Shown: positions 12,001 to 22,041 of the stretch, in pieces
How the letters are laid out: the number at the start of each line of letters is the position of its first letter
Position numbering within the stretch: position 1 is the stretch's first letter
IMG/VR virus record: IMGVR_UViG_3300009158_000001
Span: 32,001-96,000 of that record
Strand: one strand, 5' to 3'
DNA length: 64,000 bases
DNA from: a virus
Translations under genes and position numbers: made by a program
Notes under the pieces: model-generated
Database searches by the model: none
Told to the model about the DNA's origin: nothing
Seen by the model: the letters and a program-made list of their open reading frames with translations, nothing else

Positions 12001-13798
12001 TCAGGATAGCATTTACAAAATCACCAACAGGATAATCATTGTAAATTACAAGTTGGTTTGCTGGAATTTTTATCTGGAGCTGAAGACCAGTCCCAGACCC
12101 CAGAATAGTAGTAGGAGTAACAACATAATAAGAATAGCTATTCTCAGAGGAAATATCTGGATTTCCAAATACAAAAGAATGGCTTCTTAGCTGTGAGTAA
12201 TCAGAAATATCACTAGACAAACTCCAAGTTATTTTTTCTTGACGATTTCCAGAATTCAAACCCGTAGTTTGCGTGCTGTATTGATATGTCTTAGGTGTTG
12301 ACTCTATTGGAAAAAAAGCAAAATCTCCGAAGAACATATTCTTATTTAAATTAGAATCATATGCGCTGTTCTTGTCGTAGAATCCTTGAGATCCACCAAA
12401 CTTATATCCTAGTCTACTGAGGTACTGAGGATGGACATCGTTAGGGATCTCAGAATCAGTAAGAAATCTTGAATACCCAAAGAAATTCAAACCACCACTT
12501 TCTCCTGCAAGTTTATCTCCAATTGGAATAGCTGGCATATCTAAGTGAGTATGAACTAAATCTCTATGTGAAATTCTTTTGCTATTTATTCCATCATGAT
12601 CATGTTGCGAAAAGTTAATAGCATTTTGTGCAATACTTCCAGTTAAAGATGTTCCAACTGTAAACAAGAAGAAATCTTTTGAATTATAATTTGATCCGCT
12701 AGCACTTAAGAGATTGCCAGAGTCATCAAGCCATACATTTTTTAGGGATGCCGGTGTTGTAAAGTTATAAACAATTTCACTACTAGTTCTTATTAGTGTT
12801 ACAGGATAAGACTCTCCAGTCCGGCTATCAAATAACAAAGTAATATTATCTTGTAGTGTGCTGCCAGCAAAAACATCATTTCCTCCAACTGAGACATTTG
12901 GAAGAACATAGTTTTTAATTCCACCAATAGCTTTTCCTACTGGCTCAAACCCAGCTGCAACTTTCTGAAGAGCTTCGCCATTGCCATAACTTAGTAGACT
13001 TTCTTTTACAGAAATAACTTCTGGAAGTCTCATCTTCCAAAGCGCAGTGTCATTTTGCGAGGATACGTACTCTATCTTTAGGCAACCATACTCATCACTT
13101 AATGAATCAACTAAGCTATTTCTTGTTTCTAGACTAAGACTAAGAATTGAAAGATCTGGAATACAGTTATATCCTGCTCCAATATAAGACTCTGTGTTAG
13201 GAACATATAGGTCGTACTTTAAAGATTCACCATGGTTAAAATAGCAATTGCTATATAGAGTTGCTGATGCCACATCCACATAATAAGCTGGACTGATAGA
13301 GGTATAGACTTGATCTTTTAATGTTTTACGTGAAAACGCAACACCAGCAACTACCAATGTATACGAGATCGGTCCAGTAGCTTTTCCTGGAGGAAAAGGA
13401 AGTTGTTGTTCAAGAGTGTCTCGCTTTAAAGGCCAACCTGCAGTCTGAGTTTCTTTTAGGTGATAAGAACCCGGAATGTATCGAAGATTCAAAAGAGAAT
13501 GTGCTCCGATAATTCTTGCAAGATTAAATGTATTCGTAATAGAGTTAGAAGCTGCAGCAAGCAAAGTAGATCTATTTGTACTATTCATTTTTGAATAATA
13601 AGTAGATGTACTTGTTATGTAATCCTTAGATTCAATACTTGCGCCTTTTCTGACAAGGGGCCCAAGTAAATTATTTAATAGACTAAACCCAGATCGAACA
13701 GATTCATATAGTTTATTGAATACAATAGCTTCAGGTAAAGCTCCGGTCGTAAAATTAAAACTAGGAACATTTAAGCCTTTTTTTAAGCTATCACTCAT
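9032..13798 (-). CDS. Tail fibre / receptor-binding-like protein, 1588 aa
   Basis: HDHDG and DVHPQY motifs typical of trimeric fibre shafts; Gly/Ser/Asn-rich beta sequence; two GSGY modules; located after the baseplate genes. Confidence 0.6.
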   Translation of the reverse strand: MSDSLKKGLNVPSFNFTTGALPEAIVFNKLYESVRSGFSLLNNLLGPLVRKGASIESKDYITSTSTYYSKMNSTNRSTLLAAASNSITNTFNLARIIGAHSLLNLRYIPGSYHLKETQTAGWPLKRDTLEQQLPFPPGKATGPISYTLVVAGVAFSRKTLKDQVYTSISPAYYVDVASATLYSNCYFNHGESLKYDLYVPNTESYIGAGYNCIPDLSILSLSLETRNSLVDSLSDEYGCLKIEYVSSQNDTALWKMRLPEVISVKESLLSYGNGEALQKVAAGFEPVGKAIGGIKNYVLPNVSVGGNDVFAGSTLQDNITLLFDSRTGESYPVTLIRTSSEIVYNFTTPASLKNVWLDDSGNLLSASGSNYNSKDFFLFTVGTSLTGSIAQNAINFSQHDHDGINSKRISHRDLVHTHLDMPAIPIGDKLAGESGGLNFFGYSRFLTDSEIPNDVHPQYLSRLGYKFGGSQGFYDKNSAYDSNLNKNMFFGDFAFFPIESTPKTYQYSTQTTGLNSGNRQEKITWSLSSDISDYSQLRSHSFVFGNPDISSENSYSYYVVTPTTILGSGTGLQLQIKIPANQLVIYNDYPVGDFVNAILNNGSGYAVGNIIKIPGSLVGGITPDNDLTLRVVAESGGDVTGLDLHLVLNSDKVAPFQNKSYPNTHGAVKLYYEPYPFIAPNKFDQQNNLSSLSKHGFIPGDETGAIRLGNSDTSNIGGLNIGWGNLYFGYREDIFNGRLAVIDPYFNTEASAYWRAGEFNIVTTANSKAGTNTNSPAKTDYQYRDGFAVKAIKGSNIWLSVGGEGKSESSVNPATRGKTSTGIPGTFALEVSYPEAISDKGTFALKTLDSADTKGNVIASGAGILSSPGPVVDRDNNVFLAPWSKDYTSHHLASLWSSNAINYPALNGSTGGVYDANDDELDYGPGPILDIFSLAPDRNRSNTLVKGKIGKASDSHILGWVYGRPFFRGTYGINFCLSGQLDNLHPDFKVGLGLKAESQNWGPESPILTAIDNNQFIHREFRFWGKVTDVEPQFEAGLNVNSYTNTSGGNINLLYNFGKGFYRWGLVKPWDSIRSMDGKILRDSGSGLASSSDPAPWQNSRRISLGSHRAEDYGSAIRQASFVEAFAGFRNDPYQPYTAEYVVPFKVRHYMGDLIQENATSFPMRIENYLAHKTFVMSTEQVYPMYQNDSQDVPNWVGGQNGDGYILCAPGSNPTSPGFFGSRLMAPSIFVDQLIRGSEDMLLARSGDHINLFDTFPISLQSLKVDLEYFIGQRLIAPNGRTTGDADSPSPAYDEAEQNLGDSPFNRDYRQVLAGNVFMVESYKAKGSLDMGIEDIHQKIPVLMKSSGSIPSTGVDQSYPAGGYLFHTSPLGGAVGYDAAIGVCEMLHNHDSYYNRFPLFKSKYAGYMQNKMFCLLLHFDKKMDNWPNSPVPYRVFLTDQYGNEPAEFITSFTDNKGLELDITLPVGPSGPYNDDPVSGNISINIVNGGSGYDVNDYVLIPGSLLQGRDTTNNVRFYIDSIGAGGEVLTGHVIQPGTSQGRASIIGGSIDEGIHTYVWVEFKGRLTLKTITALERDPAPNISTSGIAY

Positions 13799-13831
13799 TT
13801 GTTAATCCTTTTAAATTCTTAAAAATTTAAA

Positions 13832-16800
13832 TTATAGTTTTATATTAAAGCTAATCTCTGAAGAGCCATTCTCGTAAACTCCAAGATGATTACTTAAGTA
13901 ATTTATACCATTGGAGTTTACATAGGAAACATATGGCATAGTAGGCCCAACCTTTGAACTTGCAGCTATATTATTTATCGTAAAAAAGGTATTTACCCCT
14001 ATAGTAGATGCGTCTTGGCTACCAGAGCCAGGCAATCTCCACCCATAGGGTATTTTGACCGTTTTTAGTAAATTCTCGACAACACCTTTGTCAAGGTTAT
14101 TAAGTTCTATTTCAAACTCAACGCTATTCGAATAGATAACATTATCATTATCACCATAGGTTGACGCCATAATATTAGCTTTTGTTTCTGGAATTAAAGC
14201 ATATCCAGCAATAGCATTATTCGGATCGGTCTCATTTGGCAAAGGTAAGATTTCACTTACTAAAAACTTTCGACCTCCTGAACTATAAGACGAAGTCATT
14301 ACAGGACCATATACGTTCTGAAATGGGTTTGGACTAGACAAAGAATCAGCATCATAAGAAGGGTGCTTCCATTCCGTAGGAGATGCTGAAGTTGACTTTA
14401 GTCTTGCAAGAACTGATTTTTTACCGTTCATTTTTGCAGGATGAAATGCTTTATCATCTGGTCTAAGCATTCTAAATGAAGTAACTTTATGATCTGCAAC
14501 ATTACCAGAGTAACTAGTTGTAAAATTTACGACTGCTCCTCCTGGGAAAAAATTAGATGTTACCTGATCTATAGTTAGATATAAATCATGCGTTACATTT
14601 GTACCATTTAAAAGACTTCCCTGTACTTTTATTACATCACCTTCAAAAAAATTAGTCCCATGAGTTTCAATGCTAACAGTAGTATTTGTTCCGTATTGGT
14701 ATGCAACTCCTGCTATTGGTGTAGCTATCTGGATATTAAGTGTTGGCATAGTCTTGCCATTCGGATAAGCTGAAGAAACTAATACAGTAGGAACATTTGC
14801 ATAAGTTTTTATCTTTGCCACAAAAGGAGTTTCTGAATCTGCTATTATTGCAAATGTAGTGTTAGTCTCTCTTGGCGCATAAAAAATAGACGAAGCCCAA
14901 GCCTCTGGAATTTCTACAATATCCTTTATTTTGTAAACATCATTGTGCTCTATGCCTTCTATTGAGAGAACCATTTTCCCACCAATATAAGTACTAGCAC
15001 TTTCTTTGTTTATCCAATCGTAGAAAATTAATCCTTTATCATATCCATTGTTACTGTTATCAACTCCCCAAGAAGAATTACTATTTCTAAGTTTTAAGAT
15101 TCTAGTAGAAATGCTAGAAGGATTAACAAATACGCCAACTTTTTCATCTATGCTAAGACCTTGCGTATTTGGTATTACGTACTTTATTCCAGTAGTGCCA
15201 ATAGATCCATCATCCTTAGTAATCATATAAAGAATGTTTGTTTGAGTAGCGTCGCCTGAAACAGGCAACTCATAACTATCTGGAATACTTAAAAAGGTAT
15301 TAGCACCTAACGCAACAACATCAGCAGCTTTAAATGTAATCCAATTAAACTCACTATCACCCGGAGAATAAGTTGCATAGAAGATTCCCAGATCATTTGT
15401 AATTACACTAGTAGATAATGCTCCGTTTATTAATCCTTTGCCTTCTTGTATAAAGACAGTTACTTCTTGATTAACTATTGGATCGTTACTCTCTGATAAG
15501 ACTTGTCCTTCGAGATAGACAATTTCATTCTGATTGCTCAGAGGTCCATATACAAAAGTACTTGTTCGCTCCCCGCGCCTCAAGTAATTTATTCCTACTG
15601 CCTTTAGTGTAATCTTATAAGGATATTTTTTATTCTTACCAAGCACTGCGATGGTTTTTTGATTAGCCCAAAGCCAAGGATCAAGAGTCTTCTCTATATG
15701 CTGTTGCGGTCCTAATCCATTAGCTGTTGATAGACCAACACAAGGAGCATAATAGGCATATACTTCTTCATTACTATCTACTGTTGATAGATAAGAATAG
15801 GGAGAAATAATACAATTTGCTGGAAAATTTTGTATTGTTTTAATTAAGATTTTGTTTTTACTTAGTTTCCAAAAGGGAACAACCACTGGTGCGTTTGGCG
15901 CATGATATATAGTTATATAACCATTATCATCGAATGCATCTGTATTAAGATGTAAATAAACATTTCCGAATTCAGGAGAATTATCTCCTGCTTGTGCACC
16001 TATTGGTTTTGTATATACAAATTGTGTAGAGCTTGATAACGTCTTTTTGCAAAAAGAAATCTTACCAGTATATCTATCGAAATAACAAGCATTGCCATCT
16101 TCATTATTTTTTGCTTCAAGCTCAGCTTCTAGATAGGAATTATAAGTCTTGTATATTGTTATAGCCCCTGTATTTTTGTTTCTACTAAGGATTGTAGTGC
16201 GACCAGCCTCAAATGGGGTAGTAGCATACCCTTCACTTGCCGGAGAGTATTTAAGCCTAAATGTGGAGTTATAGCCAGACTCTTTTCCTTTACCAAGATA
16301 CTCACAGAAAGCTTTAAAGCTTCCATCTGCCAAACTTGCATTTCGATCTTCTAATGATAGATCGCTGAATGAAGTATTGTCTCTTAACCCACTTGAAAAG
16401 TCATCAGACTTTTGCAAGTAGTTATTAACTAGTAACCCATCTAACGCTTCATTAAAGGCATATCCCATATAGGGCAGGCTAGTATAACTATCGATCTCAT
16501 TGGGCACCGCAAATAATGTGTAATCGCCTTTGTTAACTTTATAAACATTACTAGATATAAAATTAATTTGCGCTGCTTTGCGCCTTATATCAGTTTCCTC
16601 TTCCTGTTCTCTTGACCAGAAACTATCTAAAGAAATAGTAGACCCAGAAGATGAAAGCGTTGCTACTTCTATAGAGCTTCTAGGCTGAATATAAGCTGTT
16701 AGTCCGCCAATCTGAGTCTCTCCAGAAGAAACATAAAGCTTATTGTCTCTTGTGAAAGACATAAGACTTTTCTCGTGTAAGATTCCATTTCGATAATATT

Positions 16801-16993
16801 CTTTACCAATCTCTTTTGGATTCTTAGAAAAACTCCAATACTTTTCAGTAGGAGTTACTGCACCAAATCTACTAAGTGCAGTTAGTCCAGTAACTACATT
16901 GTAATTTATTTTTGACTCTCGTACATTTAGTACAGATGTGTAGACAGAAATAGAATAAGTTAAAGATACTTTATTTATCATAATAAGTCCCAT
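13832..16993 (-). CDS. Large baseplate/tail structural protein with an Ig-like domain, about 1050 aa
   Basis: Big-1-like segment (VYLEGQVLSESNDPIVNQEVTVFI...ITNDLGIFYATY) and one GSGY-type module. The start may be the ATG at 16981. Confidence 0.6.
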   Translation of the reverse strand: MGLIMINKVSLTYSISVYTSVLNVRESKINYNVVTGLTALSRFGAVTPTEKYWSFSKNPKEIGKEYYRNGILHEKSLMSFTRDNKLYVSSGETQIGGLTAYIQPRSSIEVATLSSSGSTISLDSFWSREQEEETDIRRKAAQINFISSNVYKVNKGDYTLFAVPNEIDSYTSLPYMGYAFNEALDGLLVNNYLQKSDDFSSGLRDNTSFSDLSLEDRNASLADGSFKAFCEYLGKGKESGYNSTFRLKYSPASEGYATTPFEAGRTTILSRNKNTGAITIYKTYNSYLEAELEAKNNEDGNACYFDRYTGKISFCKKTLSSSTQFVYTKPIGAQAGDNSPEFGNVYLHLNTDAFDDNGYITIYHAPNAPVVVPFWKLSKNKILIKTIQNFPANCIISPYSYLSTVDSNEEVYAYYAPCVGLSTANGLGPQQHIEKTLDPWLWANQKTIAVLGKNKKYPYKITLKAVGINYLRRGERTSTFVYGPLSNQNEIVYLEGQVLSESNDPIVNQEVTVFIQEGKGLINGALSTSVITNDLGIFYATYSPGDSEFNWITFKAADVVALGANTFLSIPDSYELPVSGDATQTNILYMITKDDGSIGTTGIKYVIPNTQGLSIDEKVGVFVNPSSISTRILKLRNSNSSWGVDNSNNGYDKGLIFYDWINKESASTYIGGKMVLSIEGIEHNDVYKIKDIVEIPEAWASSIFYAPRETNTTFAIIADSETPFVAKIKTYANVPTVLVSSAYPNGKTMPTLNIQIATPIAGVAYQYGTNTTVSIETHGTNFFEGDVIKVQGSLLNGTNVTHDLYLTIDQVTSNFFPGGAVVNFTTSYSGNVADHKVTSFRMLRPDDKAFHPAKMNGKKSVLARLKSTSASPTEWKHPSYDADSLSSPNPFQNVYGPVMTSSYSSGGRKFLVSEILPLPNETDPNNAIAGYALIPETKANIMASTYGDNDNVIYSNSVEFEIELNNLDKGVVENLLKTVKIPYGWRLPGSGSQDASTIGVNTFFTINNIAASSKVGPTMPYVSYVNSNGINYLSNHLGVYENGSSEISFNIKL

Positions 16994-17891
16994 TTACTGC
17001 AACTGCACTAGTCTCATTAGCTTTCCATCCTGCATTAACCAGCTTTGAAAAGAAAGCTAAATCTAATATCTCTGGATTCTCAGATCCAACAAATGCATCA
17101 GGTGCCAAGTTATTATAATCGATCAATGCGTTTGAGCTAGCAATAATTGGAGATATTCTATAAGACATTACTGGACAATACACTAGTGGTAGATATTTAT
17201 GATAATAACTGTAAATCACTGTCATAAGTTCTCTATCATCATTGTCAAATAGATGGAAACTTCTTGTTACTTCATCATAGTAAAAATCACCAATTTCTAA
17301 TACTTCTTCTGGTGTATTGACTTTGTTCTTTAAAAAGCTTCCCTTGCCTCTTATACTGTCAGGTAAGACAACTAAATCTAAGGTTCCAGGCATTATATAG
17401 TTACCACCTAGAAGACTTTTCTTTGCAGTCCCAAAGTTTACAAATGGCATTAGAAAACATAAATCTTTTGTAAGATATTTTTCTTCATCTATCACTACTT
17501 CATTATTGGCACTTAATGCTTCAAAGTCATTCTTGAATGTTTCAATAGTTTTGTGATCAGTTATTTTGTAAGACAACAGCAACTCACGTTCACCTTCTAT
17601 GCTGTTTGCCCAGTAAACATTTAACTCATACCCATTGAAGTAGATTCTTAGCTCAGGATCTATTTTAATATATCCAATATCTTTAGGAGGATGACCTAGT
17701 GCTCTTCCATGTCCACTACTTTGTCCTGAGTTACTAATGCTAGAAGGATAAGTTGAGGCTGACAAACATCTATATTTAAAGTCAACTAAAGATTCATTTT
17801 GATTTCTATAAACTCCAAACTTTTGCCCAATGTAATCTATGCTTGTTACATTGGACTCTTTCCCTAGATAATTGAAATCTTTAATACTCAT
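16971..17891 (-). CDS. Baseplate wedge-type protein, 306 aa
   Basis: N-terminal IDYIGQKFGVYRNQNESLVDFKYR resembles the LD.IG...G..R...E.D..YR motif of baseplate wedge (gpI/J-associated) proteins. Confidence 0.55.
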   Translation of the reverse strand: MSIKDFNYLGKESNVTSIDYIGQKFGVYRNQNESLVDFKYRCLSASTYPSSISNSGQSSGHGRALGHPPKDIGYIKIDPELRIYFNGYELNVYWANSIEGERELLLSYKITDHKTIETFKNDFEALSANNEVVIDEEKYLTKDLCFLMPFVNFGTAKKSLLGGNYIMPGTLDLVVLPDSIRGKGSFLKNKVNTPEEVLEIGDFYYDEVTRSFHLFDNDDRELMTVIYSYYHKYLPLVYCPVMSYRISPIIASSNALIDYNNLAPDAFVGSENPEILDLAFFSKLVNAGWKANETSAVAVNGTYYDK

Positions 17892-17892
17892 T

Positions 17893-19590
17893 TTAATACT
17901 CTACTAGAAGTTTAGAAGATTCTACGTTTGTCCAGATTTGCCCAGAATTTCTATCAAAGTAATACCCATCTTTATAGAAAGACAAGACATTCTTGACAAT
18001 CCCATTAGAGAATTCTAAGTTTGCATTACTATCAGATCCAAACTTCCACCCATAGTAATTTGTCTTGAGATCAAAAACCTTCCAAGGAACTTTATATTTT
18101 ACAGTTAGAATTTTAGCACCAGCTTCTACCACAGTACTTCCACCTCTCTCGTTGGTATGCATCAGAGCCTCGCATATAACTTTATATGAGCCAATATTAT
18201 CAAGATAAAGATCCCACCTTAACTGTTGGTCTCCAAGCCCAATCCAAGCTTCATCTTCGTTAACTACTTCGCCTTCTGCATTAATATAGTACTCTATTGG
18301 CTCTCCTGTTATTTCATCGGAGTTTTCTGAGTTTTTAATTTTCAATCTAAGACGAGTTGTATGAATATCACTTGGCAGAGAAGTAACTCTAGTCTCAATG
18401 GTAACTTTTTCGATATGCTCTTCATCTTTTGCTACAAAAGGAATATCTTCGCAGACAAGATCTAGGAAATGATTATTATTGTTTTCATAGATAAACTTAT
18501 TACCAGTAAGATACAAATCGTATAGATATAATTTTGTTGTGTCTAAGGACTCAGCATTATCTGGATGCTTAACGGTATATAAAAGTTTACCTACTGAAAC
18601 CCAGTCATCAACTACCTGTATAGTATCCTGTTCGTTTAGCAAAGTATAAGCATCATGAACAATTTGCTCATAGTCCGAAAGAGCGTTTACTGCTTTTAAA
18701 AGCAAATACTCATTGTCCGAACCATTGTCTGTCTTTTCGATAACCCACATTGTATTTTCATATTCAGTTCTTAATGAATCAAAGTTTTGGATAGCTCCAA
18801 AGATCTTTTTCTTTTTATCTTTATCAAAAAAGTTATTTTCAATAATTTCAATATCAAAGTTATCTAATTGCGAATCTTCTAAAAGAGAAAATTTTAATGT
18901 ATATATTCCAGGCAAAAATTCTTGATTGAAAGAAAAAGCTTCATCTGCTAGCATGAGAACATCAGATATTGGAATTCCATTTTGCCCAAGTATTTGAGCA
19001 AAACTAAAACTATAAAATGAAGAATCCTCTCTCATAAATTTATAATAGAAATCACTATTTTTATAAGTAGTTCCATTCTTTGGAGTTAATTGAAATCCTA
19101 TAAAACAAGGATTTTTTACTCTTAATAGATATTCTTTTCTTTCAACTACATCAAGTACCTCAATACTAGTAGAAACTTCTTTCTTACCTTTAAAAAGTAA
19201 GGGAAGCCTATAAGTCAAGTCTGTCTTCTCCATGTTTGGAATTGTAATTAGATCACAGTTTGACTCTCCATCAAATTGGTAAACACTTACATTCTTTGGA
19301 ATTTTATATATAAAGTCTAGATCAGAAATTATTTTCTCTGGCTCAGGTGATGCATATAAAAAAAACTCAGTACTGTCATCTGTTTCAGCTTGATTTAGTC
19401 GCATACTTGATACTTCAACAAAGGAAGCTTGACCAAATTGAAAAATAGGAACAGCAAGATCATTTAAGATATTTTGATAGTTACTATTCTTGTCCGTCCT
19501 TGCTTTTGCAAATGAAGGCAATGTGTTTAGTTGCTCTTGTACTTTGTAATTATAAAGAGGCTGAGTAATTAATTCTTGATATTTATTCAT
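17893..19590 (-). CDS. Baseplate-associated structural protein, 565 aa
   Basis: Overlaps the end of baseplate J, in the usual wedge position. Confidence 0.55.
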   Translation of the reverse strand: MNKYQELITQPLYNYKVQEQLNTLPSFAKARTDKNSNYQNILNDLAVPIFQFGQASFVEVSSMRLNQAETDDSTEFFLYASPEPEKIISDLDFIYKIPKNVSVYQFDGESNCDLITIPNMEKTDLTYRLPLLFKGKKEVSTSIEVLDVVERKEYLLRVKNPCFIGFQLTPKNGTTYKNSDFYYKFMREDSSFYSFSFAQILGQNGIPISDVLMLADEAFSFNQEFLPGIYTLKFSLLEDSQLDNFDIEIIENNFFDKDKKKKIFGAIQNFDSLRTEYENTMWVIEKTDNGSDNEYLLLKAVNALSDYEQIVHDAYTLLNEQDTIQVVDDWVSVGKLLYTVKHPDNAESLDTTKLYLYDLYLTGNKFIYENNNNHFLDLVCEDIPFVAKDEEHIEKVTIETRVTSLPSDIHTTRLRLKIKNSENSDEITGEPIEYYINAEGEVVNEDEAWIGLGDQQLRWDLYLDNIGSYKVICEALMHTNERGGSTVVEAGAKILTVKYKVPWKVFDLKTNYYGWKFGSDSNANLEFSNGIVKNVLSFYKDGYYFDRNSGQIWTNVESSKLLVEY

Positions 19591-20746
19591 TGGACACGCT
19601 AAATGTAAGAGTACCTACTGTTCCAATTTGATTTGGCTCTAGTATTATTTCATTCTGTAAAGTAGCATCATAACTAAAATATATACTTCCATCTTGAACT
19701 TGATATGTTACTTTTTTAAAATCTCCACTTGTTTTTGCAAGTAACTTTACACCAGGTATGCCCCCAATCAAACTCTTAATACTGTCTAGGCTAACAGACT
19801 GTCCACCTTGAATGGCATTAAAGTAATTCAGAATTATAGATTGAATTTGATCTTGGACTTGACCTGCATCTACATTTTGCTTTACAATAGCAGTTACTTC
19901 AAAACTAAAAGGAACTGCAATAAAGTTATTTACTCTTACAGATTGGTTAGGTCCAGCAAAAGAGTTTAATTCATTAGATATATTTGATAGATATCTTTCT
20001 TCATAGAAGACGCCACTTGTTGGCTGAACATAAACATAGATTCCGCTTGAACCACCGTTACCTCCTGCGACATAACTTTTTCCAATATCTGGTATTACTT
20101 GATTTAAATAATAATTCAGTGAACTAATATTTTTTTGGTTAGATTCTATTTTTGTAAAGATTCTAACTCTTAGCGCGCCATCTCCTTCTTGATCTTGTCC
20201 ATTCCTTATTGCTGCAGTATTAGTAACTCTCAATCTAGGAAAGTTTTTAACAAATCTATTTAGAGATCCTTTCTCAACATTGTAATTTGAGCCAGATGCG
20301 TTTGCTATTGCACCTACATATACGCTTTTACTACTACTCGAAATAGAATCAACTTGCTGAACAATAAATCTTTTTGTATCATTGAAGTCACAAATTTGTA
20401 ACCCATTCAAATTAATATTGTAGTCAAGAAGAACATCAAGAAGATTTTCATTAAAACTAGTAGAAATTATAATGTTACGATCAGTACTGAGTACTCTCGC
20501 CGCTGTATCCATTTTTCTACTTATGCCAAAGTCATTAGCAATCTTGTCAAGACCTCTTGAGGTTGCACTTGAAACAAAAGAATCTCTTAGGTTTGCTCTA
20601 TAGTCAAGTTCTGAGCCCACTATAAGCTGAGCAACATCGCTTGCTAAGCTATCAAGCATTGATCCTGGATAGAAATAATTCGCATGTTTTCTACCAAGTG
20701 AATTCCCAAAAATTAAATTTTTAATATCAATTGTACTTCTTGGCAC
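19583..20746 (-). CDS. Baseplate J-like wedge protein (P2 gpJ / Mu gp47 family)
   Basis: Motifs SSATSRGLDKIANDFGISR, A.ASGSNYNV and VTNTAAIRNGQDQEGDGALRVR; follows a gp25-like gene; GTG start with a GGAGG RBS. Confidence 0.85.
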   Translation of the reverse strand: MPRSTIDIKNLIFGNSLGRKHANYFYPGSMLDSLASDVAQLIVGSELDYRANLRDSFVSSATSRGLDKIANDFGISRKMDTAARVLSTDRNIIISTSFNENLLDVLLDYNINLNGLQICDFNDTKRFIVQQVDSISSSSKSVYVGAIANASGSNYNVEKGSLNRFVKNFPRLRVTNTAAIRNGQDQEGDGALRVRIFTKIESNQKNISSLNYYLNQVIPDIGKSYVAGGNGGSSGIYVYVQPTSGVFYEERYLSNISNELNSFAGPNQSVRVNNFIAVPFSFEVTAIVKQNVDAGQVQDQIQSIILNYFNAIQGGQSVSLDSIKSLIGGIPGVKLLAKTSGDFKKVTYQVQDGSIYFSYDATLQNEIILEPNQIGTVGTLTFSVSNE

Positions 20747-20747
20747 T

Positions 20748-21230
20748 TTAACCTCCGAAAGCTTTATAGACAGTTTTTAATTCTTGTGTACTATGATTAA
20801 AAACAGCTTTAACTTCTATCATATTTGCATTAATATTAATAAGAGATAGAAACATTGTTACTTTTACCCCTATTGTATCTTTTGTAATAGGAAAAACCAC
20901 GACATCAATTGGGTAATCTTTCTGATTAAAAAAACTATTATTTAGATGTATTTGAATATAACTTCTTATATCTGAAAGAGCTTGAGCTGTCATTATTAGA
21001 TTTTTATATCTCTTTGGAGAAGCTCCAAATTCCATATTCTTAAGATACTCATTTCTTTTTGTTTGTAAACACATTTTAAGAATTTGAAGCATTGTCTCTG
21101 TTGGGTCATTCTTCCCTGTAAGAGATACTTTATTATGACTTGGTGTTGATTCAATAACTATATCCCAGTCATTTGTAATCTTAATATCTCGCAATCCAAT
21201 TGGATCTTGATGTGTTTTTACTATTGCCAT
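20748..21230 (-). CDS. gp25/W-like baseplate wedge (sheath initiator) protein
   Basis: Pattern DIKI..D.DI...LQILKMCLQTKRNEY....EFGAS; size of 160 aa; lies immediately before baseplate J. Confidence 0.7.
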   Translation of the reverse strand: MAIVKTHQDPIGLRDIKITNDWDIVIESTPSHNKVSLTGKNDPTETMLQILKMCLQTKRNEYLKNMEFGASPKRYKNLIMTAQALSDIRSYIQIHLNNSFFNQKDYPIDVVVFPITKDTIGVKVTMFLSLININANMIEVKAVFNHSTQELKTVYKAFGG

Positions 21231-21553
21231 TATATTCCTACTATACTAGTAGCACCTGCTATAATTGCTGAATTTATTGCAACATTAGCAAATGCATTAA
21301 TTATAGTTTCCGAGAAAAAATATGTAGGAGTAAAGGGTAAAGCTCCGGCAACTGGAGTTATATTAGAAAGTAGCCCATGAAAAGTCATTTTATCTGGACT
21401 CATTTGAAAGTTTACACTTTGTGCACTTGCATTTATAACTGACTTATCAAGAATTATAAAGTTATCTGGGCCTGCCCCTATTCTCACATAGTCTTTTCCA
21501 ATTTCAATATAGGCATCACCATCGGGAATTTTAATAATCTTTGCAGCGCTCAT
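21230..21553 (-). CDS. Putative baseplate spike-associated protein, 107 aa
   Basis: Short beta-repeat-like N-terminus (AYIEIGKDYVRIGAG) and hydrophobic C-terminus; lies between the hub and the gp25-like gene. Confidence 0.4.
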   Translation of the reverse strand: MSAAKIIKIPDGDAYIEIGKDYVRIGAGPDNFIILDKSVINASAQSVNFQMSPDKMTFHGLLSNITPVAGALPFTPTYFFSETIINAFANVAINSAIIAGATSIVGI

Positions 21554-21561
21554 TTTAATCC

Positions 21562-22008
21562 TTAAAATCCAGCAGCCCTAGTATTGGCTGAAAGTCCTGC
21601 TATTACTCCTCCAAAGGAGCTAGCTTTATTCTTTTGATAATTAATAATTGTATTATCCTGCATATTATCGCACATCAACCAAGCTAATCCCTTTTTCCAG
21701 TTAACGCCTTTCCATACATATTTAACTCTTAGTTTTTTAAGAATAATTGCCTCTCTATTGCCTATAGAACTAAGCATAGCTTCAGGTGTTTCTCCCATTA
21801 AACGAAATGGAGTTTCATCACTGGGATAAGTGTCCCAAGCAACTTTAACATAGATGCTTGGACTGTTAGGTGTTGGATAGATAATATCAACTATAGTTCC
21901 ATAAATTGGATTTTGCTCTGTGTGTAAACTTGGGCTGCCTCTTTCGATATGGTCTTTATGTTTAAAGTAAGTAACACCTATATTAGTCTTAGGAACTACG
22001 CCTGACAT
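21562..22008 (-). CDS. Putative spike (gp5/gpV N-terminal OB-fold-like) protein, 148 aa
   Basis: YGTIVDI...IYVKVAW pattern and position after the hub; the call is positional. Confidence 0.35.
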   Translation of the reverse strand: MSGVVPKTNIGVTYFKHKDHIERGSPSLHTEQNPIYGTIVDIIYPTPNSPSIYVKVAWDTYPSDETPFRLMGETPEAMLSSIGNREAIILKKLRVKYVWKGVNWKKGLAWLMCDNMQDNTIINYQKNKASSFGGVIAGLSANTRAAGF

Positions 22009-22041
22009 TTTTTTCCTTATTTTTATAAATGTAATACAAAA

